A stretch of DNA of 64,000 bases from Octopus sinensis (GCF_006345805.1 NC_043002.1:104346001-104410000), one strand, 5' to 3'. Positions 13,726-28,198 are shown, numbered from the stretch's first letter. Made by a program: numbers and translations. The notes: generated by a model from the letters alone, not told the origin.

Positions 13726-14092
13726 TACCAACCACATGGTTCCGGGTTCAGTCCCACTACGCGGCACCCTGGGCAAGTGTTTTCTACTATAGCCTCGGGC
13801 CAACCAAAGCCTTTTGAGTGGATTTGGTAGACGGAAACTGAAAGAAGCCTGTCGTATATATGTATATATGTATATGTATGTGTGTGTTTGTGTGTTTGTG
13901 TTTGTCCCCGTAGCATTGCTTGACAACTGATGCTGGTGTGTTTATGTCCCCGTCACTTAGCGGTTCGGCAAAAGAGACCGACAGAATAAGTACTGGGTTT
14001 ACAAAGAATAAGTCCCGGGGTCGAGTGGCTCGATTAAAGGTGGTGCTTCAGCATGGCTGCAGTCAAATGACTGAAACAAGTAAAAGAGAAAG
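13726..14092 (+). mobile_element. SINE family 1 copy
   Basis: Near full-length homology to 4228-4658, lacking the first ~30 nt. Confidence 0.88.
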
Positions 14093-14147
<55 letters not shown>

Positions 14148-14959
14148 TTTGTGCGTGTATGCTTGTGTATGTATGTATGTATGTATGTATGTATGTATGT
14201 ATGTATGTATGTATATGTATACATATATATCTATATAAACGACGAGTGGAAACATTTAAGAGATGGCTAGTAACGAATACTCAAGAAAAAGTCCGCTAAA
14301 TGAGAGCAAAACCGAAAAGAACATAACTTCAGCAATCTTGATTTCACGTGATGTCAGAAAGATCAGTGAATATGTGTTCTCTTCTTGATTTCCCCAGCTG
14401 ATAAAATAGGAATTAATCGTAAGATTTGAATCCATTAATACTGGGTCGATATTTCACAATGGATCGTTACTGAAGATTTTTCACACCAAACCAAGATTTA
14501 TTCCACTCGGCAAATATATCTCAGCGTGTGTGGTTGTAGATTTTAATGAGTTACGCTTTCAGATATATTCATGCAAACACATGTATGGATACATAGATAA
14601 ATACATACACACACAACACACACGCATACACACAGACACATAATCTTTTAGTCTTTTATTTCAATCATCTGACTGCGACCAAGCTGGAGCACCTTCTTAA
14701 ATGATTGTAGTCCAAGAAATCGACTCCATGACTTGACTCCATGACTTATTTTCTGTGAGACCAGTACGTATTATATCGACGGTTTGTTTACCGAATCACT
14801 CGTTACGAGGACATAAACACACCAATGTCGGTTGTCAAGTGATGGTGAGGGGACGAACACGGACACAAAGACACCTACACATAAATATGTGTATATATAT
14901 ATGTTTACGTTTATATATTCGTTTTGCAAGATTCTTGATTTGAAATCGTGTGTTGAAAC

Positions 14960-16450
14960 AGCCCACAATTACTTCTATAGCTAGGAAGAGCCCTATAGAG
15001 AGAAGGGGCAGATGAACCAGAGACATACGGACCCCCGTAAATGATTATCAGGTAAAGAAAATGATCGCACATGCACTAGGAGCTAGTATAAAAGTTACCC
15101 TAAAAAGCCACACGTTTAAGTATAACAGCAAAATATACGACCAGGATGAGGGAGCAGCCATCGGGGTTAGTATCGCCGGTGATATGGCCAATCTTTTCAT
15201 GGTGTAATCGGACAGAAGGCTTAAAGAACGCCTGACACAGAACTCCATACTCGTGAACATGTACTCTCGCTATGTCGATGATATCAACGTTGTGGTAAAG
15301 GCACCCACGACAAGAGAGTACTCTTGAAATAGAAATGGAAACGAATATCATGGAGAGCATCCAGCAAATAGCTAACTCCATCCACCAGAGTATTAAGTTC
15401 ACGATAGATACCCTACAAAACACCCTAACCGTAGACTACCAGTACTAGATACAGAACTCTGACTGGAAACTGAGAATAATAAAACGAGAATCCTTCAATA
15501 ACACTATGCCGAACCTATGGCCTCCAAATACCTGATCCATCAGAACTCAGCTATCGTGGACAATGGCAAATTCAATATATTTATGGCAGAACTCTTCAGA
15601 GTAATCCGAAACGTATCCCGGACGTGCGATCCTACAGAGTTAAAGTGACGCATACAACATTTCATTCACTGCATGCAGTTCTGAGGATATAGCCATAGAG
15701 AAAGTATCAGAGTATACAAAGGAGCCATGAAAAAAATTGAAACTATCATACGTAACGATAGGAATGGGATTTGCCCACTCTATAGGAGCAAGTCATGGAA
15801 CACCATTGAAAGGACGAAGAAGAAAATAGGGAAGGTCAACTCTTGGTATGATGACCACATATACCAGAGTGTCATGTTCGTCGACACCACCCCTAGAGGC
15901 GAACTGGCGTACCGCTTTAGAAGAGCCCTACACAAACTTAAGCTAAGAATTAAGGTTGTAGAAATGCTATGCAACCCTATCAAATCCCTAATCGGTAGAA
16001 CCTACCGTTTTAGTAGAACCCCGTGTACTGATAGGAACTCTGTACGGTATGTAGATTTATCCCACAAACAAAATGTAAAGCCAGAAATGTAGTCTATAGT
16101 ATAAGATGTACAGAGGGACGATGCAGTAACAAGACAATGATGTACGTAGGAGAAACAGCACGGAGCATAGGAGAGGGGTTAAATGAGCAATGGAGAGAAG
16201 AGCACATCGGTTCTGTACCAGCACGCAGAAAAGGAACACGGGGGCTCACTCAACAACATAGAAGTAAAAATCTTGTCCACACATGGAACAGACGCAACAC
16301 GCAGACAAATTACGGAAGCTACACACATAATAGAAGATAAACATAGCCTGAACAGGAAACTAGAATGGAACATTAGCACCCCCCCCTCCCCCCAACACAA
16401 CTCAAAATATGACAGAATAAATTCCCATAAACTGATAACAATATGAACAA
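14960..16450 (+). pseudogene. Penelope-like retroelement: RT plus C-terminal GIY-YIG endonuclease, frameshifted
   Basis: RT motifs KIYDQDEGAAIGVSIAGDMANLFM and YSRYVDDINVV; thumb region SINKFTIDT-like/HQNSA; Cys-rich linker PC..RN(fs)CTVCRF...KCKARNVVYSIRC; YVGETARS; SVLYQHAEKEH; EATHI...LNRKLEW. Multiple stops. Confidence 0.9.
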
Positions 16451-16932
16451 AACATAATACAATACAATAAATAAATGGAATTAAATAACTATATACATTA
16501 AAAAAATAAATTACATTAAATTAAATACGAAAAAAGAAAGAATAAAAAAATAATAAGTAGGTATAAACACATGAACAAAATAAATAGGAACAAATTAAAC
16601 GAACATGTATAAACAGGGAACACGGATAATGCAGGCACTTCCCCCAACAAACTAAACATAGACACACATGGTATACGCATGCGCAAATAAAGTCACATAC
16701 AATAGGAATACAAAATGGCTGAGCATTAGTAAGGAAAGACACACAAGTAAGAAAGAAGAAAGCAAAGGATCACTAGTGAGGACACAACACAGAAGTGTTA
16801 CGAAAGAACGATTAATATAAAATAAAGCCGAAGCAAATTAACACCAAATATATAGTGCGTGTGTTTTTATTGACTAAACTGGCAACATGACCATCCCCAA
16901 ATACAACAATATATATATATATGTATACACAC

Positions 16933-16974
<42 letters not shown>

Positions 16975-17076
16975 TGTGTGTGTGTGTGCGTGCGTGTGTG
17001 TGTGTGTATAGTTGAATGAATAAAGTCAAGAATCAGTACGTTTAGAAAGCTGTTCCTAACGAAATACACCTTATGT

Positions 17077-17138
<62 letters not shown>

Positions 17139-19085
17139 TCTGTGTTTGCATGCGCGTATGTGTGTGTATGCGCGTATGTGCGTGCTGTGAGTGTGTTTAT
17201 GCCTGTATATGTGCACAAAATGTGACACATGTACATGCAACTACATATGACATAGCATTAAATATTTCAAAAATGATGTCTGATAAACATACAGATGTTC
17301 CGAGCCGAGGAATGTAGTCCCCGTACGTTTGCTTTATGCAGCGTATAGCATACATGATGAATACCACATTTTATTGCATGTCTCTGTGTTCGTCTTTTTA
17401 TTACTGCTCTGTCATATATTTCTTGTAAGCGACCCTTGTTCAGCTGAACTGTTTTGCCTCGCCCAAGAGGTCGAATTTTATGTTTCTAAACTTCTCTAAG
17501 AACTAATGCACTGCAAATGAACCCCACGTTTATACTAAAGTCCTCTCACCTCGTGCATGCATATATGTATAGTAGTATATATCCATGTACGTGTATCTAT
17601 ATCTATCCATCTGTCTATCTTTATCACACACTCTCTCTCTCTCTCGCTATATATATATATTGGTGTGTGTGTACGTAGGTATGTATGCAGGAATTGCTTA
17701 TGCAAACAAAACACACTATGAATTATTCCCAACTCCTTTTTTTTGTTTGTAACATATTCCCTGTCGCTGTTTTCCAAGTTGCTACGCTGGGAAGACAAAA
17801 TTTTGATAGCAGTTTCACTTATTGAACGCTAAACTTCTATGTAATACAGAGCAAACCCGCTGTCTCTTTTCGACGTTAAGCCTGCTACCTCATTCCATTA
17901 ATGACATAAAAGTTTGCCCTAATGGGAGAGAAATGAGTTTTCTGTTTATTCTAACCCTGCTAATGCTTTGTAACCTTCAGTAATTATGTGTTAACATTTT
18001 AGGATGCCAGTTATATTCCATTATGTGCTCTTTGTGTATGGTGTGTCTAGTTTTAAATATTCTGCGCTCTGATGTGTATTTAGTGACAGTTTGCTTAGCT
18101 CCTGGGTTAATGGATTGATGCCAATTTTCCTTTTTAGTAAATATAAATGTTATTATATAATAGTGTCTTACATACGTTTCTGTCTATGTAATGCACACAA
18201 TTTCCTTGTCCGATCATATGTAGATTGATTCTCTTATCGCAATTATATTTAAAGTTCACTTTTGAAATCTTTCGATTTTCATACAGCTTATTGTTATTAG
18301 AAATTTCATAAGGTCCGTTCCGAATGAAATCAATTCATTTCTCTAATGGATTGTTTTTGTTACACATTCGTCAAAATATGAAACCTTTTCTCCGCCCTTT
18401 TTAGAACATCAACGCATTGCTTATTTCAACAACACAGCTAACATCAGGTTTGCTTTTTAAATGGATCAGTGTTAGATTTGCTGTAAAATGGTTAAACAAT
18501 TATTGTTTAGTATTCATGCGCTGTTTGCTTTCCTCTATGTGCATAGTCCTCAAAATATAACGATGAGTTGTAGAATGACATGAAATTTTGAATGCAAGAA
18601 AGAAAAACAAAATACCAGCGGTTCTACAGTTTGGCAAGCTCAAAATATAAACCTTCTTAGAAATAAAACTTCAGATGTTGCACAGTGTTTCTTGGTTAAA
18701 ATATTCGGTTCATTAGAAAACTGAATCGCTATTCTATAAATATATTTATATCAAGTGCTGATTGGATGAAACGGGACAAATGAAGTGAGGCGTCGACAAT
18801 TAATCTCGTGGTTTTTAAAATTTATTTTGTAAAAGTAGTGAAGTGTTACGAGTTAGCTTTGCAATAATTTTATGATACTAATATTAAAAAATATGACAAA
18901 ATGTGAAACTCAAACATAAATATTTGCTTGTATATACAATAAAAATAAAAACTGTTTTAAACGGAGTCTCCAAGTAAAACGTTCTTGTTCCATGTATTTT
19001 GTTTACAGCTATTATCATTTTTTTTCTCTTACCTGTAATTATATTGCCCATATGAATAGAGTCTCAAGTTTAGGTGCCATTACAA

Positions 19086-19527
19086 AATCTATACATATAA
19101 ACTGAAGTTGTTTCTGTGTGTGTGGGAGGTTTGGTTGCCTTCAACTGACACTATATCCTCCATGACCCTGCGGCGCAAGTTGACAACATTTGAAAGTATG
19201 ATAGAAGACTTGCTCTTCATTCTGTAATAGAAAAAATTCAAATCGGACCATGTTAAGACCAAAAATTATTTACATTAAAAAGGTGAATTTTTTCTATGAA
19301 CATCCCTATTTTTTACGATTTTTTGACTGCCCTGTCGCCATTTTTCGGTGTATTTCAACCAGAAAAATGTTCACGTAAAGAGAATAACAAGCTACATAAT
19401 GCAAAAATTTGACTTTTCCAAAACGATTGAAACTATTTCAAAACTTTGTTAACGCGACATCAAAGTCTGCCGTTTTAAGCGCAACTAAAAAAAAAAAACC
19501 CGGAGCAACGCCGGTTTATACTGCTTC
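19086..19527 (-). mobile_element. Non-autonomous Helitron/Helentron-like element
   Basis: Terminus AGCAGTATAAACCGGCGTTGCTCCGGG resembles those at 21076 and 61848. The other end has a (CA)n tract and ...TTTATATGTATAGATT, similar to the 3' end of 21076-21463. Class assignment is inferred from architecture. Confidence 0.45.
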
Positions 19528-20199
19528 TCTTAAAATATTACACGAATTTATAACTTGAAAAGTACAGGTTGTTACAGACAAATATATCATGGTTGAGAAT
19601 TGTCTCAAGGCTCGGTTTTGATATAAAAAATGTATGCATTTATTGAATCAGAAAATATTTATAAAAGCATTTTTTGACATATAGTTGATTTAAATGGATA
19701 TATTTTTCAATGGAGATTAAATCAATTACCCCGCCAAGCCTCAGTGTTTCCTTATTTGTAGTTGGCCATCAACTATGCGCAGTACATTATGCCAAATTTC
19801 AAATTTATAATTCTTTTCAATAATTCATCTTTTTACTGAAATTTCTTTAACGCCCGAATAACGTATAAAAGCGCTCAGAATTTTAAACAATATGGATATC
19901 ATTTCTGTGTATTTTAAAAGTTTTATCTGTTATAAAATCATCTGAAATTCCTAGGTTTTCCCACAAACAACTGAATTATACACAGGAACAAGGAAATTAT
20001 ATTATTAATATATTCTCGACAGCAGAGAGCTGGCTCGGTATTAGCCTGTCTTTACGTTTTGATTTGAAATTCCATTGTGGTCGACTTTGCATTTCATCAC
20101 TTCGGAGTCGATAAAATATGTAATAGTCGAGCACTGAGGTCGATGTAATCGACTTTCCAGCATGAAGTTTTGTTCATCCTACTTGTATGTTGTATTTAA

Positions 20200-21000
20200 G
20201 TCCCACTGTAAGCTTACAACATTGGTGAGTGATAATTCCTTATCATCGGTGATTCAAGTGACAATGACTTCTGAATGACCGTTTGCACGTCGAAGAGAGC
20301 TACTGTAAACTGTAATGGCCCAAAGATAGTTGCCCGGTGAACTTCACTCAGAATATACGTTTTCCTGGAAAGAGCACCGTTGGCTACGGCTGCCTGACTC
20401 ATACCATTTAAAAAGTCATTTCTCCATTCCTCTAGTTTAACAGCTATGACAAGACCTCACAGAGTGTGCCATATCAATCAATCCATGATCCATCTAACTA
20501 AACGCCGTTACAAAGGCAATATCACAAACAACAACATTGAAATTATTGAGCTGTTGCTTCAACGCTAAGCCATAGTGTTGTAAGAGCTGTTTGAGGGAGA
20601 TTCTTCGCGGAGGAAAACAATGCTGAGTTAACGTTTTGCCATATTTTTTCTTTCAGGATCATTATCAGTTTCCTTCTGACAATTCACTCAGGACTTTTCT
20701 GATATATGAAGTCAGAACGAAGGCCCTGTAGTTTTTAACTTTTGCTCTGTTCCCATTTTATACACAGGGTTCGTGATGCCATCTTTTCCGATTTAGAACG
20801 TTCCTCATTTGTAAGGTAACTCAGGAAAAGTAAATGGGATTGTTTTGTCAAAGCTTATTTTCATGACTTCAGGGGAATAGATTGGGAAGCCTTCGGGGCT
20901 ACTTGCTGAGTTGAAGCACTTTTCATCTGACAACTCTAACATCGGACTTCTCAAAATCGATGTCATCAATGTTTGCCGCCTTCCTCTGAAAAAGTTTGAT
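20200..21000 (-). pseudogene. Decayed CR1/L2-type LINE reverse transcriptase fragment
   Basis: Across frames: NSASSPEGFP, GNRAKVKNYRAFVLTSYIRKV, QHCF..RRISLKQLLQHY, MDHG, SQAAVANGALS..T.ILSEVHRATIFGPLQF. These align by eye to the conserved NYRPISL / QHGF / VDH / SGVPQGTVLGPLLF motifs. Confidence 0.8.
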
Positions 21001-21075
21001 GTCACAGATATAAAGTTATTTTTTCCCTCTTTTTTTCCATGGTAGTGGCTGCTATTTATGTAGGATTTAGAGATA

Positions 21076-21463
21076 ACTAGCAGTATCGCCCGGCGTTGCT
21101 CGGGTTTGTAAGGGAAATAACTATAAAGCATTTTTAGAGAGTTATAGCCAAAAAATAGCAAAAAAATGGGGAAAAAATGATGCTAAATTTTTTTTGAGAG
21201 TTAAAAAGGTCGAGTTGCGTCCCCTAGACAGTCTGTGGTTTGTGTTTCTGATTCTCGACCCCATGTCGAATTTATCGATTTTTTTTCAGAACTGGGGGAA
21301 CTTTTCAAACTTTTCGCTGCGTTAGTTTTGAATTATGTCATTGGGCTATGTGTGTGTCAAGTTTCATCAGAATCGGTTGAAAGCCGTGGTCAGGGTGAGG
21401 GTACAACCTAACAGACACACAGACACGCAGACAGACAAACTGCCGTTTAGATAGAGAGAGATT
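21076..21463 (+). mobile_element. Non-autonomous Helitron/Helentron-like element
   Basis: 5' ACTAGCAGTATCGCCCGGCGTTGCTCGGG (short GC hairpin), 3' (CAGA/CA)n then AACTGCCGTTTAGATAGAGAGAGATT; no TSD seen. Confidence 0.5.
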
Positions 21464-21662
21464 TGGGCTCAGTCAGTCACCGTTTTCGCTTTTGAACGTT
21501 TCATACATACATACATATATATATATAAATAATAATAATAATATAATAATAATAATAATAACAATAATAATTATAATAATAATAATAATAATAATAATAA
21601 TTAATAACAATAATAATGATTTCAACTAGCAATAACCACGCCTCGGATTTACCTCATTGGCC

Positions 21663-21733
<71 letters not shown>

Positions 21734-22434
21734 CATATACATATACATACACATACACACACACACACATATATATATATATACATATAATTTTTAACAG
21801 AACGAAATTTAGATCATAAATGTCCGGTGATTTATTGATAATTATCGACTGTCAAGTATATATTTACTGTGTAAATGAATTGTTTGTGTGATTTCAAGTA
21901 AGTTATATTTTATGAGAAATATATACCATTACGAAAATATAATAAGGAGCAAATTACAATTTGTTATTGCTCAACAGGGTCAGATTACTAATGACAATAG
22001 TGGATGGTATAGCAACGGAATATTACTTCATATTGTAATATAATGCACAATTATTTTTCTATGAGTTGACCGGATAGAGTGATTGACATTAAATTGCTGC
22101 TAACAGGAAATAACATAAACGTTAATATATTTATATCACTGAAAATTGTATTAAAGTTGTGAATTTTTTAAAGTGCAACGATTATAGTGTTTGTGGTTGT
22201 ATGATAGACCGTCACAAAAATTAGCATTCATTCATTGGTTAATTAATTCATTGTAGTTAAGGAGAAGACTATTAGGGCATAATTGGAAATGTTTAAATAG
22301 TACTGCAAATTAATATAGGTTCCTGAATAAAGTTCTTGGATTAAAAACATGAAACGAAGGGAAACCGGAATATTAATAACAAAAATTATTCGTCGCTGTG
22401 ATGTGTGTATATACACTCAAATACGCATATTGAC

Positions 22435-22726
22435 GCAAGGGATGACTCTGTGCTAAGTAGATTGCTTACCAACCACATGGTTTTTGGTTCAGTCCTTCTG
22501 CGTGGCGTCTTGGGTAAGCGTTTTGTACTATAGCCTCGGACTGACCAAAGCCTAGTGTGTGGATTTGATAGACGGAAACTGAAAGAAGCACGCCGTATAT
22601 ATATATATATATACGTCATTTAGCGGTTCGGCAAAAGAGAGCGATAGAATAAGTCCCGGGTTCGAGTTGCTCGATTAAATGCGGTGCTCCAGCATGGCCG
22701 CAGTCAAATGACTGAAACAAGTAAAA

Positions 22727-22776
<50 letters not shown>

Positions 22777-22985
22777 ATGGCTGTGTTTGCCTCCCCCCAA
22801 CATCGCTTGACAACTGATGCTGGTGTGTTTACGTCCCTGTTACTTAGCAGTTCGGCAAAAGTGACCGATGGAATAAATACTAGGCTTACAAAGAATAAGT
22901 CCTGGGGGGTCGATTTGTCCGACTAAAGGCGATGCTCCAGCATGGCCGCAATCAGATGACAGAAACAAATGAAAGAAAGAAAGAA
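22435..22985 (+). mobile_element. Cluster of SINE family 1 pieces (5' half plus two 3' halves)
   Basis: Homology to 4228-4658 at 22435-22600, 22615-22730 and 22780-22985. Confidence 0.8.
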
Positions 22986-23891
22986 TATGCGTATGTATCT
23001 ATTCAATGATGGTTTGGATCAGTCCTAAATTACTTCGAGCTTCGTGTATATCAGATTCGTGGAAAGCACAATATGTCCCGGTGGAAATGTAAATGGCTTG
23101 TAGGTATTTAAACATCCACTGGTATCTTGAGAGAGTGTGTTATTTACGGTATCATGCAACATGGTTCTATTGGTGAAGACTGGATGATTGCAATGCCTTG
23201 AAGGCGTTCTGCGGGAACGTATTCAACAGCAGCAGGTATTACATTACGGTGGAGACATAGAAAGATAGTCAGGAAGGAGGTGCCAGCCACTCAGCGACTC
23301 TTCATTCTTTAGAGTTTGGCACGGTTTTGAGAATATTTGTTACGGAGATGTAGCGAAATTGATACTATCATTATTTGTAAATCTCTCAACATGAGATATT
23401 CAGCAACAGTGCTCTAGAGTAATGGCTTTATGCCGACATAACATGGCAGTCCTGGTTTAGGACGAATGTTGTAAAAGCCTTCAGTGTGGCAATCCAGTGA
23501 TTTCCTCTATCAGTTAAGAGATCTTCATAATATATATATAAAGTTCATATTTAGCAGAAGTAACAAAGTGACTCATATTTTGAGTTCTGTTTATCCTTTT
23601 TGCATCTACAGAGATAAATAAATATATATAACAGAAGAAAAGAAAAAAGAAAATGGAGAGTAGGGATTTCATAATTGTTTATTATTAACAACGAGCAATT
23701 TGTTGTGGACAATAAACAATTATTAACTTCGAAGTCACCATTTTCTCTTCTCTTAAATCCCTGTAAAATATATGTTTTACATATAACGATTGTTTTAAGG
23801 AAATTCCTTCAGTAATATACTAGGTGTTGAACCAGTGTTTCTTTGGTTGAATCTATTCCTTCACGAGGTTGACAAATCCTCTACTTATATG

Positions 23892-23941
<50 letters not shown>

Positions 23942-24005
23942 GGAGTAAACACATATATGTGAAACAAGGTGGTAAAAAGAGTACTCAAATACCAGAGGTA
24001 GAATA

Positions 24006-24164
24006 ATATGCTTTATTTAAAAGCAGCGGAAATATAACAAAACCTGTTACTTTCACGATCCCGTTCATCGGAAAGTTTTGTTAAAAAAAAAAAACGACTA
24101 ACGGGAACGTGAAACTCCGAGTAACAGCTTTTGTTATATTTCTGGTGCTTTTAAATAAAGTATA
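24006..24164. mobile_element. Small fold-back element with degenerate hammerhead motifs (family D)
   Basis: Arms 24006-24071 and 24095-24164 are inverted. Minus arm reads CCGATGA-ACG(GGAT)CGT-GAAA; plus arm reads ACG(GGAA)CGT-GAAAC-TCCGA-GTA-ACAG. Confidence 0.6.
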
Positions 24165-24251
24165 TATATATGTAGATATAGATATAGATATACACACACA
24201 CACACATGCGCATACATGCATATCTATCTTATCAACAGATGCATGCATTTG

Positions 24252-24291
<40 letters not shown>

Positions 24292-24779
24292 AAAAAAATA
24301 TATATATGTATATATAAACATATAACATATATAAGTGTTGTACGGCAAACGTGCGTTCCCTCGTCGTATTTTGTGTGTTCAGTATAACGATTGCTTTCCA
24401 AGTATGTGCATAATAAAATAATGAATCGCAGAATATCGTAAATAGTTTATGATTCAGCATTTATCAGTTGCAAGCGATTCAGTACTTGTTATAACAACGT
24501 TGCTAACGTCAGTGTAACGTGTGGGATAAACGACAAAATTATTCATGTGAGCGTTTCATAATGTGAGATGTGTTATACCACTTAGTTATTGCATACTAAC
24601 TCTCTTTCTCTCTCTCCCTCACTTTCTCTCCATTTCTCTCTGCCTTACTCACCCCATCTCCATCCCTCCCGTTCTTTCTATCTATTTATCTTTCTCTCTT
24701 CGCCGCACATACGCACGCATACAAATACAGAAGCACACATATTTTGGTTTGTCTGATTGCCTCCCTAGCTACCTACCTA

Positions 24780-24781
24780 CA

Positions 24782-24880
<99 letters not shown>

Positions 24881-24936
24881 TTATCAATCAATCTACCTAC
24901 CTGCTTGTCTATCTATCTACTTACCCATATATCTAC

Positions 24937-24968
<32 letters not shown>

Positions 24969-24990
24969 TTATATATCTATCTATCTATGT
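24780..24990. repeat. (TCTA)n microsatellite
   Basis: Directly visible. Confidence 0.95.
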
Positions 24991-25078
24991 ATCTATGTCG
25001 ATATATAGATTGAAACCGTTTAAGGCGTGTTCCAGTATGGGCGAAGTAAAATGACTAAAGGTGTACAGCAATAAAAGC

Positions 25079-25145
<67 letters not shown>

Positions 25146-25561
25146 GGAGAGAGAGGGAGAGAAAGGAGAGAGATAAAGGGAGAGTGAGAGAGCGAGAGAG
25201 CTGCACTATCCACAGACACGTGTTCTGGGGGATATTCAGCATGACACAGAGTGTGACAAGGCCGGCTCTTTGAAATACAAGTACTACTCATTTCTGCCTG
25301 CTGAGAGGACTGAAGCTACGTGAAATAAAGTGTCTTGCTCAAGGACACAACGTGTCGCATTCACACACACACACACTTATATATATATATCTTTTTACTG
25401 CTTTAGTCATTGGAATGCAGCCTTGAAGAACTTATAACTGAATCAATCGACCCCTGTACTTAGTTTTGTTGATCCCGACATTTATGCTATTCAGGACCAT
25501 TGCCAAACTGCTAATTTACGGGGATGTAAACACACCGATACCGGGCACCACTCACCATATG

Positions 25562-25607
<46 letters not shown>

Positions 25608-25632
25608 TATTTATACATACATACATACGTAC

Positions 25633-25674
<42 letters not shown>

Positions 25675-25849
25675 CACATTTATATATTTAAACATACATA
25701 CATACATACATACATACATACATACATACATACATACATACATACATACATACATACAGATACTTATGTATACATATTATGTAGCAATTCATTATGCTTC
25801 CCACTCTTCTGTTTGAGCTAACTTTCTGTCTCCCTATCACAGAAAATGC

Positions 25850-26120
25850 TATATGTGGGGAAGATAATGGAAGGATTGGCTGGTACCAAACTTCGTAATT
25901 GTAAGTTATACCACACCTCTAATTGGACGTCACTGCAATGTTCCAAAAGTTCCGGCGGTCCCATCCGAGGTGAGGACCATGTACTGCATTAGCTTGGGAT
26001 TCAAGGGCCCACTGCTCTTTAGCGCCTTGTCAAAATATCTGAGGGATCTCCATGGAGTAGGAATAATTTTGTTAACGAAACAACTTGACCACTTGCTGCC
26101 CAAGATCCCAGTTGAACCAA
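25850..26120 (+). pseudogene. CR1-like LINE ORF2 C-terminal fragment
   Basis: KIMEGL...GRHCNVPKV...VRTMYCISLGFKGPLLFSALSKYLRDLHGV...KQLDHLLPKIPVEP resembles the CR1 ORF2 terminus (GP.LFN.LP..LR.L...FK..LD..L..VPD.P). Confidence 0.72.
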
Positions 26121-26914
26121 TATCAAGGCAGAGATTTATATTTCTTTGTCACTGCTTATTTTATCATCACTATATTATAGATTCTTTTCATTAATTTATT
26201 CTTTTTATTAATAAATCTCCGAACGAGATGTAAACAGTAACCGCTCGACAACGTAAAGTCTACTAGCCATCTCAATGTGGCTAGCCACTGGGGGTGGGTG
26301 TTACTGAAGCTTTTAGCCCCAGGAGATCATCGTCTCCAGCTGGCTTTAGACACATTTTCTGTGCCCTTGTGATATTCGCAAAGGGAGATCATCCCCTCTC
26401 GAAAACCTTAGTGATATTTTTATTATTATATCATAATTTTCTTCATTCCTACATATTATTAATTTATATATGTGTGTTTATAGGCATAACTCATGTTTGA
26501 TTTTAGATTTGTAAATTTTTAATTTATATTATTAATTAAATTATGGCTCGCACGGCAAGGTTCGGCGAATTTATTTGCACCCCCGCATGTTTGTTTGTTA
26601 GTTACATTCGTAACTGATAAAATATAAAAAAATATAGGAATAGTTATAGAATTATAAAAAATTTATGGAGAGTCCTGATGATTGGGGTTGAAGTTAAGAC
26701 GTGTTTCTGAAAAAGACTGAGGGTCTTGGAAATGTTAAATGCACCTCATGGAACACGTGTAGAAGAGAAATTCAGAACTGAAATAGTAAGTATTAAATAA
26801 AAATTCTATGATATGGTGTGATGTATATTAGGATTTCATGAATTGCATGGGATCTTCTATCTCTAAATAACACATATATATATACATACTATAAACACAC
26901 ACACACACACACAT

Positions 26915-26960
<46 letters not shown>

Positions 26961-27181
26961 GCTAAAGAGGACAACAAACATTAAGACAGGGCAAACATCT
27001 CAAGTCGTATACTTACCTAGCATCCGGTATTGGTGTGTTTACATCCCCGTAAATTAGATTAACAGTTTCACAATGGTTCTGAATAGCATAAATGTCGGGA
27101 TCAACAAAAACTAAGTACAGGGGTCGATTGATTCAGTTATGAGTTCTCCAAGGCTGCATTCCAATGACTAAAACAGTAAAA

Positions 27182-27259
<78 letters not shown>

Positions 27260-27912
27260 TTTATCACATAACTAAAGCCCACACTTTCTATACACACACA
27301 CACACGTACTTATATCTGGAAAACTGACTAAATATCAAGTAAATTTCTCAGGAGCGGCAACTTACTTAATTGAATATATCTGGTCAATCCAGAATCCTTT
27401 AACCATCAGCTAATGATTCTTTTCCCGCTCTTCCAAGCTTAAACATGTTGTTTCCATGCAAAACATATCCTTTGGCATTTCGTATAATTTTAACTGTTGT
27501 CAAATACCAATTAAAGTTTAATTGCTCACGAGCACATACACGATCTAATTCGAAGATTATTAAAGGAAATTGTATACGGCATTTAGTGCACACAGACAAA
27601 AATATTGTAATTTCTAGATTTTAATATATTTATAATGGCTATGTTAGAAATACGAAATTGCGTAAACATCCAATTAATTGCCCCTGTTTTTATTTCTCGC
27701 TTTCTAGCAAATTTTTTGCTGGTTTTCTTCAATGAGAATGCAGTACTAGTGTGCGGATCCCTATGTTTGTGTCGATTATATTTTACATTTGTATACATTT
27801 CTTATGCGCTTGCCTTCATCTGTGTTAAATATACGGAAACATAGATCCATATTCGACTATAAAGAAAACTCATATATGTGTATGCAACTATAAATATATA
27901 TATATATATATA

Positions 27913-27950
<38 letters not shown>

Positions 27951-28198
27951 CACAGATATATATATATATCTATATATATATACGTTTATATATATATATG
28001 TATATACATATATATATACATATATATATATGTGTATATATACGTATATATATGTATATATATATACTTACAGTTTTTATTTACTTATTCATTTACTTAT
28101 ATATATATATGTATACATACATATATGTATATGTATACATACATATACATATATGTATGTATACATACATATACGTGTGTGTATGTATATATATTAAT

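Noticed and set aside
16775-16815. Hammerhead remnant at the Penelope 3' end as a stand-alone ribozyme call
   Set aside because: Core is scrambled (CTAGTGA) and stem III/NUH is not evident; mentioned only as a hint.
23040-23520. GC-richer segment, possible old LINE fragment (similarly 49800-50050)
   Set aside because: No motif could be read with enough certainty to name it.
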